Source: Phallusia mammillata (Eukaryota). Taken from it: a stretch of 64,000 bases of DNA. The stretch is from contig OZ281500.1 in assembly GCA_965637545.1 (NCBI GenBank), positions 3,348,001 to 3,412,000 of the forward strand, in the 5' to 3' direction. Shown here one piece after another: positions 49,866 through 63,600 of the stretch. Under the pieces are notes generated by a model. It had not been told where the DNA came from, searched no databases, and saw only the letters and a program-made list of their open reading frames with translations. The translations under genes were made by a program, and so were the position numbers. How positions within the stretch are numbered: position 1 is the stretch's first letter; each line of letters opens with the position of its first letter.

Positions 49866-50950
49866 AATGGCAGCACAAAAGAGCACAGATTTAGAAACCC
49901 CGCTTCTAAGTACAAAAAATACGCCAGTCAGATTACGAGAAGAACTATTAGTTAAGCCAAAAGTATAGAGTGAGGGCATTTACCTACTAAAGACCAGCAT
50001 ACTACTGGTAGCTTGGTCTTTACGAAGAGATTCAACAAATGGACTTGCAATCACTGCCTTGTGGAAACAAACTGTTAAAATAGTACAATTGCATTTTTTT
50101 GATAATCTACTTGCTTTCTTTGACGCTGGTACAGATAAAAGCAGACCAAAAGTTTCTTTATGATTTAGTTTTATGTAACCAATAGAACATTTGTCCGTAC
50201 GAAACAAATGTTGACCAGTTATGTGACAATCAGAAGCGGTGTGTTCAAGACGGCAACCACGTTATGGACTACTATGAACTAATCTTACGTGTAAACAACC
50301 ATTTGTTAAAAATCATCATTTAGCACTGAGGTTTATACCCATTTTCACACGTTTTTTTAACTTAGTCTGTTTTCTTTGCACACTAAACCGCATACCCTAC
50401 CTACAAATCCCTGCCTTATCAAGTTAACCTAAATAAAGCATATCACATTTAGCCCTTGGCGGCGCATTTAACACTATTTACCATAAAACACATGTAGGCT
50501 TGAAAATTGTTTCTGTTTGCATCCTCTTCCAAGATCAAACATTATTTTTCGACATGTTTTTTTCTGTGGACTAAGCCTACAAAATACATTTTCTGGTAAC
50601 TCAATGCAATAATAAACAATAGGATGCTACCTTCCGCAGCTGCGAGGGACGTTAGGGTATTACCAGGGCCAATTTTCACAAAAAAAGACTTAAAGGGTAT
50701 AAGGTTAAATTCAAAGGAATGCTTTGTATCTAACTTACCATTAACGGGATTTGAAACCTTTTTGATGGAACTTTTGAAGTAATTGCATAACTTCAATCGT
50801 TCGTGTTTCACCACTGTATGTCGATCGCTTGTTTTCTGCAACATAGTAGGTAGTCGACAAAGAAACAAAAACTGTAGACTATACATTGCATGCAGATACC
50901 TACCTCCGAGGAGACACGCTCAAATTGTATGCAAATAAATACGCTGATCA
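49866..50950 (-). pseudogene. R2: second copy of the 3' remnant, truncated by repeat sequence
   Basis: Homologous to R1 (50340-50950 vs 15540-16130). MLVFSR|SGVSKSVLFCAA breaks off at ~49866 into the repeat family. Confidence 0.72.
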
Positions 50951-51696
50951 TAAACGACCACAAAGCACAGGAAATTTATAAATTGCTACACTTAGACTTC
51001 ACCGAACATAAGATTTCATAAATAATAAAGTTTATGTGCATACCACAAACGACTGCAAAGCACAGGAATTCATGAATTGAAAAAATAAACTTCGCCGAAC
51101 ATAAGACTGATTTCCTAACATAATACAGTTTATTGCACAACATGGATTATTAAGGAATAAAAAAATACAAATTTTACAACGATACAATATAAAAAAAAAC
51201 GGAAGTAAAAGGAAAAACTTCCGCAAATATAAACACGAAACGATCTTATACAACATAAAAAGGTACAAATGCAAACATGCACGAATAGTCACAATAAGAT
51301 ATCAAGTAACTTAGTTTATCCCAGTGGTTCCAAATCGTTTTTGTGTCGGCGTATTAAAGTTTCAGACGCATAATTTTTGTTTATGACATTTAATTCTATT
51401 TTAAGTTTAGATATTTGATTGAATAGCAGCAAAAAACGCAAAGTTGGATAACGTCGTTGTACGAATAAAGCGTCACACTGTGTTTGTTTTAAACGATAAA
51501 AAATGTGGTAACTTTAGTGTTACTGGAAACAGTGCTTATAATCACGACTTTTCGCCGAGTTGTGTTACTGCTATTTAAGACCGAAGTTATAATGCGTCAC
51601 TATTAGAAATCCCAATAGGCGCATAAGGACGGCGCGACGCACGAATTTACAAACAGTTAATCAGACTTTTACTCATAAAGCGTTTAACTGATAGCT

Positions 51697-54600
51697 CTAT
51701 TCTTTGTAAGATTCGATGTATGCTTTGACCAAGGAGTAACAAACCTTGTATTGCTCCTAAAAATAAATAAAAAACAGTTAAAACGTTTATTACTCCATGT
51801 GTGGCATCACATAAACAAAAAACTTAAAAACAAAGAAAAAATATTATGTTAACAACAACACTAGGTATTTGTTTAACGGCAAATCTTACCACCGTAAGGT
51901 GTATATCGAAAAAAGAATCGGTGATATCCTTTACTGTTCTAAAGACATCAACCATTTTCTCAGCTTTGTACCGAGATATCAGATTCCAAACAGCACAGAA
52001 GACAATGGACCTCGAGTATCCCGTTCTAATACAACAAAGATCTTAAAAACACATTTAATTGCAACATACAATGGATGTCCATTATACCTAGAAAGAACAG
52101 CCATGCTGTACACAAGCGAATTCGTCTGAAGAGACTCGAGCAGTGAAAGAAATTTAACAAACTGATTGATGTTGTCAGGAATATCATTGTCGGTCCAAGC
52201 ATCAAATTCCAGCAAGGCAATGTAAGTCTATCCCAAAAACACAGGTTTATATCCATCTTTTTTAGTTTTGTTTTTGAAAATAAATACTGTTACGTCGTTT
52301 TTATCAAATAAATTATAATGAACATAAAAATAAAATACTGGGATCAGTTCTGAGAGATCTGCACAGACCAGCAATCACGACACACTTACATACAATTAAA
52401 TTACGCCAGGCCTAGAAGGCGTAATGCCGAACCAGCCGGCCATTTCTCATACGGCAAGGCGTAGGGTACTAACATCTTGTCTGCGGTGGGAGTCGAGGTC
52501 ACGACAGGAGCCTTTACGGGACTCACGCTATACTAACTGAGCTTCCTAGCCTTACTGGCAAGGCCGTCGAAAGCCGAATCACAAGCAACGTTGCCTGCTT
52601 TGTATTTTGCACAGGTCAGTTTCGTAGGACCTATCCGTGCTTGTGCTTAAGGCAACGGTGCTTCTGATTTGGCTTTGCCTTGCATTGGTAAGACGCCTTC
52701 AATAAGTCTGGACGTCCATGTTTGTTTAAACCAGTGATTCTCAAACGCGGCTCTCAGGTCCGCTTGCGGCTCCCAACTACTTATTTGGCGGCTCCTACCA
52801 AACCCCAGAAAACCATCAAAAATTGCTATTTTAGCTTTCAAGGTAATCTTTAGTGATTTTCTCAAGTATTCGTTTTTTTTGTTTAAACCAAGAACGTTCT
52901 ACACACGGGGCGCTTTAGGTTGTGTTATACGGAGCCGTTTGCAAACAATAAGTGATAATCACCGCGATAAATTTGCGTAAAGTGACAACCGTTGGTACCG
53001 GTCGTTACATTTCCATAAAGTTACGCTTTTATTTAACAAATGTGTCTTGAGTGTAGAGCAGTGGTTCCCAAACTGTGGGCCATGGCCCAGTACTAGGCCA
53101 CCAAGACATTTTCAATGGGCCGCAGAGCCATTTGAACAGATTCTACTGTTTTGTTATGCTGTAGATATTATGTGCTTTGTTTTGAAAAAACATAATATTT
53201 GCAAACAATTCCGAATCTTGTAGCCAAATTTCAGGAGCATGAATCTCATTAAAAATAAATTGCTAGAAACCATTTCGCCTCTTTTTGAGTTATTTTTTTG
53301 TTTGTGCCCAAATTAACAGCACGCGGTGAGCCACGAATCGCTATTAAATTGACATTTGGGCCACAGACCAAAAAAGTTTGGGAACCCCTGGAGTAGAGCA
53401 ACAAACCTTTCGTTGTTGATTTGTGTCTTCAATAGATATCTTAGCCAATTGAAACTGCCCCTGAGTAGATCCTTCAACAAACTTCAATTTTATTCCACCT
53501 TGCACAATCTCACGCTTTTTCTGGTTTGGCCAAACAAGAACTTTCTGAAAAACCATACACAATGCACTTTTTTCCCAAACAAAACTAAGAATAGCACAGA
53601 CCATTGGTTTCTTCAGCAAAACAACAAACTCTGTGTTTTCGTGCACTAAAGTGCTCAAGAAGTTTTCCACTTCGTCGGCAGTTGGTTCTTCCCCGATCAT
53701 TATGCGGTCAGATTGATTGTAAGCCTGAACGAAAAAAACATGTAGCGTAAAAGTATACAGCAAAGTAGAAAACGAGTAACGTAGTACAGTGTTCACAAAA
53801 CTACTAACCTCGATCTTATAAAAATATTTTCGGTCATTTCCGACGTTTATGTACGCACTTTCCGCTTCTTGCGATTTGTCTAAAAAAACAAAGTTGCTGT
53901 TAATAAACGACTCGAGTTTCAAAACGTATGTGCGTTGTTACATGCGACAGATGTGGAGTTTTGAAACGTCACTAGAGAAAATGCTGACTCATCAAACAAT
54001 ATGCTTAGGTCATTGAATTCTTTTTGGATCTGTTTTGCTTCTGGAAATCTTTAACCAACACGTGTAAGTAAACACAATCGCAATTCAAACAAATCACATT
54101 TCTACCTTTCAAGCTGGGTTAAATTCGTTTCCTCAAAAGTTGCTGTTTCAACAAGCAATTTGTGTAGAAATGCGTATTGATTCTGCAAAGATTGGTCGAA
54201 ATCATTATTTATTGTACTGTATTTAATATCACCGATATTCAAGGGCTTTACCAATTTAAGTGTAAACGATTAATTTTCGCAACATGCAGATTAAATATAT
54301 AAGCTATTGCTGCCAGGCATAATATTAGGTTTATAGAGCTCTTCTGGCAAATGTAATGCAGATTAAACATATTAAGTAGATTTTAGCTACCGATCTACTT
54401 ACCACATTTTGAACCATATCCATTCTCTGTTTACGCATATGAGAAACCGCCTTAAAAACATCAATCGAACCAGTTTCGTTTAATTCATCCGTCAAATAAT
54501 CAAAACCAATGAAAGTTCCAGTTCTTCCAGCCCCAACACTGCCCAAAGAAAGCAATCCGAAAGTCATGAAACGAAAATAACTGATCCCAGTTTGACGTTT

Positions 54601-57600
54601 ACTCACCTGCAGTGAACTATAGTAGGAGTTTCTGTGCGCAAATCGCATTGTAGTTGTGTTTGAGTTTCTTGTACTTCCTTTATAAACCTAAGAAGGCCTG
54701 TGGTGGTTTGTGGAACTCCGTGGTCGGGCCAAGCTATGAAATGGTATTGAGTAACGATGTATTGCTCCTGAGATAAAAATAGTGTTGGAACATGTACCAA
54801 TGTACTTGCCATGTCAAAATGGGTAAAACTTCGCAAAACTCTGCTCTAGCGGAAACAACTTATTAGGTTTAATGTTTTGGTTATGTGTGTAGGAAGTAAA
54901 TAAAGCTTTCCACCTAGTTCTTGGAAACAAACAATTGCTAACAGAATGTTCTTTCCCTACAATTACAGAAAAATGGCTTTTACGAGTTGACACATTTGAA
55001 AGCTTTTTTAACACTAAACGCTTACTATTTCATAAGTACTGTTTGTTTCTTCAACGTTCATTCTTCTGATGACGTAAGAGCCCTTCTTGATGACGTCAAT
55101 GACGGTGATATTTACTCCCTCGTAGCTTTTGGTTTCATGGACGTCTTCAGGCCAATATCGGGCACATTGCGACTAAAAAGTCGTGAATATACACAAAAAT
55201 GTAATATTTGTAACAGCTTTGGAATAAAAAATGCATAACGGTTTGTTGAATATAACTGATAGAAGATTGAAGAAAATTACCTTTCCCTTCTCCCATAGAT
55301 TTGCCAGCATAACGATAACTCGAACATTTTGTTCCAATACCATTGTCCAAAAATCACCCACTGTGCTGTCAAGGGGACCTTGGGTTGCGATCCACTTGTG
55401 TGGTCGATTGTAACCCTGAAGAGAAACTTTTAACAACGGCAAAGGTGTTTACATTATGACATTATATTTGAATGTACCAACCTCCACATATGAGGCATTA
55501 ATGTAATGGTTTTGGTTTCCTTGTAAACCACGGAGAATTACTCGGTTGTTATCATCTGTCAAGCAATATAACCAAAAGTTCAGACGTTTTAGTGTTGACT
55601 CATTTTAGCGGTTAGTAAAAAACCTAATCATCTCAACTTCCAAAATCAAGAGGAGGCACTTATTTAAAGCAGTGATAAACTAGTAACATACACTTTGATT
55701 TTTGGGTGTTTCTAGCCTGTCTGAGCTTTACTTGCCTTTAGATGCACAGTATCAGTTACGATAGGAAACTAATATTAGTATGTAGGATTTGTAACAAGTA
55801 GGTAACTTAAGATAATGACTTACATGGTGTTATGTTCTCGTATCGGTTTTTCTTAGCATTCGTTGATGCTGTTGTGTTTTCATACACACTTGCATTGGTA
55901 ATCGATTCATCCTTGATTGTCTGCAAACGTCAAATGATGACTAAGCATAAGATAATTGCTTACTAAGCACATCGCAAAAGGGTTACAACAAACATCCACT
56001 AAATCTTTAAAATTCGATCCAGTACATTTATGTACTTGTCGAAACGTAGTTATATATAAGCTATTGCTGCCAGGCATAATATCAAGTTTGTAGAGCTCTT
56101 CTGGCAAATGTAATTTTCTTCCGACGTTTCGACGTCCTATACAGGTCGTCTTAATCAGGGTAAATAACACTGAATGCGACTAGTACAGTGCATTCTCCGT
56201 GATCGACGGGCAACTTGTTCCAAACAGGTGACTCATCCAAAAACAGAGGGTTTTGTGACACTTCCGTACATACCGAAACTGACGGATATTCTGCGGCGTA
56301 TGTTGCGTGACTTCGGCGTGGCGGTTGGCGTCCAACCTGCCAATACTCTCCGCAAGCTACTGAATCACCCGAAAGATCCAATCAACACCTTTGAACAACG
56401 TGGTGTTGTATATTCTATTCCCTGCGCCGAGTGTCCGTTAATATATATCGGGGAGACTCGAAGGTCACTCAACACCCGACGAAAAGAACATCAACGGGAT
56501 GTTGCCAACAGCGACGCGAAGAAGTCGGCCCTCTCCAATCACGCGGTATCACAAGGCCACCGTATTGATTTCAATGCGGCGTCTGTTGTGGCCCGGAAGC
56601 CTGACTACAGGAAAAGACTATTTCTTGAGTCATGGAATATTCACCAACGGGGCAACACAATGAACATCAAAACAGACGTGATGCTTTCAGCGTGCTACAG
56701 GCACCTGCTTAAAGATTAGAGGCCCAATCATTCGTTATCGCGCGGTGTTTTCGTTGCGTTGTAACGTGCTTGCGTTCGATTCTTTTTTCCTTTGTTTATC
56801 GTGCACTGTACTAGTCGCATTCAGTGTTATTTACCCTGATGAAGACGACCTGTATAGGACGTCAAAACGTCGGAATAAAATTACATTTGCCAGAAGAGCT
56901 CTACAAACTTGAAACGTAGTTATGTTCTACACAAATGTACTGGCTCTGATTTTTTGCTCAGAGTGAACAAGAATCCGTAATCGTGAAAAACTCAATATAG
57001 ACAAATGGTGTGTGAAATAGTCAATTAAATTAGAACAAGTTATTTGCAACACACACTTAACTAGGTGCATTAAAAAAGAAAATGACTTTTAGTGGGTGTT
57101 TCTAGTGAATCTACACCCGTGGCCCCCGGAACCAGAGTTGCAAGCGGGCCCGAAATCTGAGCCCGAACCCGAAAGTATAAGCCCGAAGCCCGGCCCGAAC
57201 CCGAAACGCTTTTGCAAAGCCCGTTTAGGCCCGAAATTTTGATTGACAGGCCTATCCACGAAAGCCTTGCAACAAAGGATGAGATAGAAAAAAGAGAAAG
57301 ACAACAAACACAATGAACAATAGTAGACAATGAGGTAAACAATACGTTTTAGAGGAGGGTGGGCATTAGGTCAAAGCCAGAGAATTGTTACTTAGCTGAG
57401 TGATTTTATTTAAAAAACAATGGCGGACACGGAACGTAAAGTCAGGCCCGTTTTAAGCCCGTTTTCTCACAAATACCTAAGCCCGAACCCGGCCCGACTT
57501 GCAACTCTGCCCGGAACGCAGCTCGTGGCCGCCCTGGGGGGGTCCTGGGCCCTAGCTGAGAACCCCTGACTTACGAAGTGTTTAACAGATTGCAACAAAC

Positions 57601-60600
57601 AGATGACTTTGTGCATAATTGCATATGGATATAATACGACACTTCACGTTAGTTTCAAATAAAGCGGCACATAGTAGATTGCACACTTTACTGACGCCTG
57701 TACAGGAAGCGTTCATATGACTAAGTCAACTACGTAACAGGAATAAGGGGACAAAGCGCAGCAACTTTACCACCGAAAAGTCGCTACGCGAAGTACAATG
57801 CACTTCAGTGTTTAAACAAAATCAGTGTTTCGAAAAACGAGGCAAATTAACACTGTAGCTATATCATAGTGTCAAAGAGCACATAATAACGGTTTTGTCG
57901 CGTTAAAAACGTTCCAACACAAGTGTTGTAAAACGCCATCGACAACATGTATCATGAAGCAAAAACAAAAGAGGTGCCAGCTATAGATTAACCACAAAGT
58001 AAAAAGGTTGTTACTTTGTTTGGCTTATTACTCAGCCTTGCATTGAATCGCAAACCAAATGGCAAAGTAGATTACGCATTGGTGTGTTGCAACAGAAATT
58101 GAATGAGTAATGACTATTTCCTGTTGTCTTGAAGCCGAATGTATTATGTCAGACAATAAGGAAGCAGTTACACTTACTTTAAACTGTGATTTTAAAGTCT
58201 TGTGGTCGCTTTTTGAGCTATCGATGTAGAAGTCCACAAGATAAAACCTCAAAATCTTCGTGTGGTTTTCCGCAGATTCAACAAGAACGTCTATAATTTA
58301 CAAATAAGTGTTAGTAATACTATTTACATGTTGGTATTACGTAATTACTTAGAAACAACAAGCTAGTCTGCCTTTTAAGTATTCTTTACGGATAAGAGAA
58401 AATAACAAGTTTATACAAAATGAGCTGTCAATTCTCGGCTGTATATCACCATTTCTAGTTGTTTTTGTTTACTATTTTTTGATGAACATAGAATTGTATA
58501 AAACGTTGTGCAACGTTTTAGTTTTTTTTGACCGTACAAAGACAGCAATGTCCTGAAAGCATAATCATGGAAAATCGTTTTAAACTTGTGTGACGAACCT
58601 GTACTGTTTGACAGTGGCATCTGCTGTGAACTTTTACGTCGTATCACCGTGTTTCCTCTTGCAGCATCAGGCGATTTTCTTTGCGAAATCCATATTTTTA
58701 GTTGCTCTCTTTAGCATTACAAACGTATGTTTTAACCCAGCTTTCATGAAATTGCATTAAACTAAGTCAACTGACATTTCCTTACCTGTAAACGCCGCAA
58801 AGTATGAAGACAATTAGAAACAAAAGGAAAATCGATGAGGGGGCGGCGATTGCAGCTAGAGGCAGGGCCTCAGAAGGAGCTACAATAAAATAACTTGAAA
58901 AAAGTGCCTTGGGTTATACTTAACCATGAGTGTATATTTTACGTAATGTAACAAGCAAAGTATACTCATCAAATCCAGTGCAAGATTTTTCCCATTAACT
59001 TTTGGCAAACATTTTTTCGGCAACAACATTTTATGTTAAAACTTTACAATATATTTCAAAAGGTAACTTACTCTCCGAGCTTAAGGAAACTTTGCATTCT
59101 CCGCTAAGTTTAAACACTGTGTTGCGACAATGCGTTGTGATTGGTTGAAACGTGGCAAATAGTTGCTGATTTAAACCAATCATCTCGCTGTGTTTTGATG
59201 CATTCGGAGACAAAGTCACTTCGGTCCAATTGTTTTGATCAGCAGTGCCCCCAATTTGCGTTTTTAAGTAGCGCAGCTGCAAAATGTATGTAAATCTTGT
59301 AATATGTAACATGCACCAGCGCACTAAATAAAATATTATTCAATTGTGTAATACATTCAATTGTCAACTGTAATAGACATATGCTTCACGGTTTTTAATG
59401 TCAGTTTGCGCTAGAGTTTTAATATACCTTGATCTCACTAATCACACTTGATATATTTTCAGGGATATTAATTGCGATTTCACAAACTTCTGCCTTCAGT
59501 GACATTTGAGCGCTGACGTCACGAAAAATACTTGACGTTACTGCAGAGGTTGCGGGGGCATTGATTTTCCAAACTTCCGGAAACAATTGTATCTAAACAG
59601 AGCATTGTTGTGATAATGAGTTTAACCAATCTATTATAACCAATACCCACGGATACATCATAGGAAGCGTCTGAAGTCAAATTTCCGACTATACTTGTGT
59701 AGATGTGGTTGCTTGTTGCAGTTTGTGTGACAAGTTTACTGACATTAACAGAGTGGTTGGAATTTACTGTTGTTACGATGTGAGATATTGATCCGTTGTT
59801 ACCAGTCACGTCTTTCCATTCCACTGTGATTCGGTCGGGGTAGCAATTACTTGTACCCAGAATTTTAATCGCTATTAGGAATATAATGAAAATTATTAGT
59901 CACAAAATCAGTAGGGTGCAGAAACAAAACCGTTTTACGACTTACCCATACACACTACATACTCACACACGTATTAGTAAAACATTGCAAAAGTTGAAAA
60001 TATCAAGCCAACAAATAATAGCCTATTATGTCAAAACAGTATGCACCATCTGTAGCTTATTACAAAAGTTACACCTGAAAACACGCATATGAACTGATTT
60101 TCTTTCGTGCATTTCCGTGTGTTTACTGATTGCGTTACTGTATTAAAAGCAACACAATCATCTCTTCCATTAGTGGTCACGTTACCTGTTCAAAAACAAC
60201 AACCCTTTGATTTTAAAAAACGAGTGAGTTTCAATAACGTACCTTGCAGCCATGAAATATTAACACCAACTTCATTCAAGTAAACGCTGCTGTTTAAAAT
60301 GGACAAAGTGGGCAATACACCACCAACGGATTCACAATATTTTTTAGCACTGGAGAAATCAAGAGTTCCATTGGATGTGGCAAAATATGTCCCGGCAGCA
60401 ACAAGGAGGTCTATAAGCATTAAGAGTAATAATAATAATGCAAATTATTTCGGCAAATCTGAAATACGTTTTTTTAGGGTAGGTAAGTCACATGTTTCTG
60501 TTTACGATTACCTGCATTCAATTTTATTGTTCTTTGTTTTGATAGTGCAAAATTTTTGGACCAACACCCAACTGACGAATTGGGACCGAATACTATTGAA

Positions 60601-63600
60601 CTTGAAACTAGCAACTTAGACTCGACTTCATTGCCTGTTTGCTGATTTGTGATCTTAGATGGTGTATTTGATTCGTTTCCAATTTGTCGCCCATTAATTG
60701 TCCAATAAACAGTTGGAACGGGATCTCCGGTGAATGTGCACGTAAACGTTTGTGATTGGCTAAAGTTTGGCGATGTACCAATAGTGGCAACATATGGAGC
60801 AACTGAAACACATTTTATGTTGGTTTAATCGAAATCATGTCTGCATTTTATCATTACCTTTCACATTTGCGTTAGTTGCAGATCCGGTTCCTATTGTGTT
60901 GCAAGTATATTCTCCACTGTCCTCGATTGTGGGTCGGTAAAAGGTTAACGATGAGGTTATTTGGAAATCGGTGACTTTGATAAGCCGTTGATACACCGTA
61001 TTTGATGTGTTGGTTGAAACATTGTAGGAACCTCTGCCAAATTCAATATTTTATGTAACAAGCAAACACATAAAAAGTAAAATCATACAAAAACAAGTGT
61101 AGTTTAGAAACAAATTACGTAGTATTCCGCTTTGTAGTGCTCTTACCTGGTCCAATAAACATGCAAAGCGGGATATCCTAAATAAGTGCAATTTGTGCTG
61201 GTAATTTTGTCTTCTAAAACAGTTAACTCAGTTGTTGATAAGTATGTGTTCGGCTTCACTGCAAAACAATATGACACATAACTTCATAATTGTACCACAA
61301 AAGACAAACCAAAGTTCAAAATAAGGCAAATGAAAATCTATCATGTAAACAAATTACATCTAACCTGTTGCTGTAAAAATAGCCATTGCACCGCTTGTAT
61401 CAACATTTGTAGCTTGACATTTGTATTTTCCAAATTGTTCGATTGCCGAAATATTGAAGAACAGCTTTGATATTGATTCGTATTCGCTAATATTGGTTTT
61501 ATGTTGGTATATCGGGCTTAGGGGTGATGAACTAACTGGACTTCCATTCCTGAACAAACATTACATTGCAAGTTTTGGAACAGTAAGTTATAAACTCACA
61601 ATAATACCGTGTCCATTCTAACTTTGGTCGCGGAAACCCGTAAGATTCACAATCGATCACGAATTCATCAGGAATTGTTGCAACTTTGCTGGTTAACGAA
61701 ATTGATATATTGGCGGGCACTGCGAAAAGTTAACAGTAGCAAATGTATTGAAACTGGATTTTAAACTACAAAATCACGAACCTTGGATTTGCAATGTCTT
61801 TTTCCTAAATGTATTGCCAGCATCATTTGTCGCTTGACAAACGTAAAAACCAGATTCCATGATATTGTTAATGGTAAAATAAAGTCGAACAGTTTGAGAA
61901 TAATTTCCTGTCGTGTGTAAAGCTGCATAAATACGAGATGCTGTTGTTGACCCAGTAATTTGGTGTTTGTTCCTGCATCAACATAACGCTCATTATGTTA
62001 ATACGTGGCACAACTCTATATTTACAACACCTTAGCCACGTAACAGTCGGTTTGGGAAAGCCGTACGAAATACAATCCACTTCATAACGTTGTGTAAAAT
62101 TCACAACCACTTTTGTTTGCGTAAGCGTTAGGTTCGGTGCCACTAAAAAGTTGCAAACAAATACCGTTACTGCACGTTATTAACACTTGATTGATAATAA
62201 AATATACAAATTTTTACCTTTTACGTAAATCTCTTTTACTATCTCGGGTCCAGCTGAGTTTTTTAAAACTCGACATTCATATATTCCGCCCTCAGTAACG
62301 TCTTTAATGTTAAGATTTAACTCGTTTATTCTGAAGTAAGTTCCTTGTAAAATGTATATTTGCCGTGTTATCCCATAGCTGTCCGAATTTGCGACCAATC
62401 GGTTTAATCTAAAACATTGGTTTACAAGATTACAAATTGAAGATTTTGTTACGCATTAAATGTGTTTGAAACACCCACCTATACCAAAGAATTCTGGGAT
62501 TAGGGTTTCCATACGATGAGCAGTTAACGGTTTTTGCCACATCTTGTTCAACCGTAACGTTGCTTTGTGTAACAGATATATTTGCAGGTACTTTAATAAA
62601 TACAAATTTAATTTAAATAACACGTATATGATGAAGAAACATAACCCTTTATTTGTTAGTTATTTTGTTACTTGCCATACAAAGTGAAAACTTGAGTTTG
62701 TAGATTCCCGACACTGTTACTTGCAAAGCATTGATATTCTCCACTTTGCGAGACGTCACTGATGTTTAAGTAAAGTCGAACTCTATATTCAAATCCTATG
62801 TTTCTTACAATGACGAAATACACCGGTAAATTGGAGTTTCTGGATACGGTGATCCCGTTTCTGAAATGCAACCCATGAATAAATTTCCACACAAAATATT
62901 CGTAATAACTCTATAATTTCACATAATATGCTCAAATTAGATTTGCAAACATGTTTAAAGCACAACTGGAGCCCCATTTCTACTATCTTAACCCAACGCA
63001 TCCATAAGAGCTGCCAACAATATAATAAAACGTAATAAAACACGAAACTTGCTAAATAAATACACGCAAATACTAAAATTAAGCCTTAAACTAAGTTGAT
63101 TTAAAAAACTATGCAATCCCCTTTACGCATAAATGCGACCCAAACGTAACAACTCGGTCAATAGGAATCTGTACCTTTTCCATGTAGCGCTGGGTCTTGG
63201 AAATCCATAGGATACACAACCAACTGACTTTCGTTCGGCGTAATTGCCGATAGTAGAAGGATGTGTTGTTGTTAGGTTTGCTGGCACTAAAGGAGGGTAT
63301 GAAACAAATTTAAGGTATTTTTATCTCGTAGAAATGTTTAAACAAACCTTTAACAGTTAAAGTCGTTCTTACTCCACCACCATCCCAGTTTGTAGCTTCA
63401 CAAATATAATCCCCAGATTCAGCAACGTCACCAATACTTACACGAAGCACAGATCGTGCTTCGTACTTGTTCGTTTCACTGGTTTGGTAAATGTTATTTG
63501 AAGAAGATGCAGGGATCAATGCCGTGTTTCTATAATTTAAGATAAATGTCACAAAGTATGGTAAAAACAAAGCAAGCCGGTTAAGTCACTGCGACTTCAG

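Larger units (their letters stand above)
56054..56910 (+). mobile_element. 5'-truncated Penelope-like retroelement with inverted pseudo-LTR arms and 13-bp TSD
   Basis: TSD gaaacgtagttat at 56041-56053 and 56911-56923, single copy at the empty gene B site (~20553-20565). 110-bp inverted arms at 56083-56192 and 56802-56911. GIY-YIG ORF inside. Confidence 0.9.

Noticed and set aside
675-61621. Numerous plus-strand ORFs in the track (e.g. 675-938, 17597-17935, 53356-53649, 60299-60619)
   Set aside because: Antisense shadows of minus-strand exons or AT-rich introns, with no motifs or splice logic; only 56174-56719 is supported.
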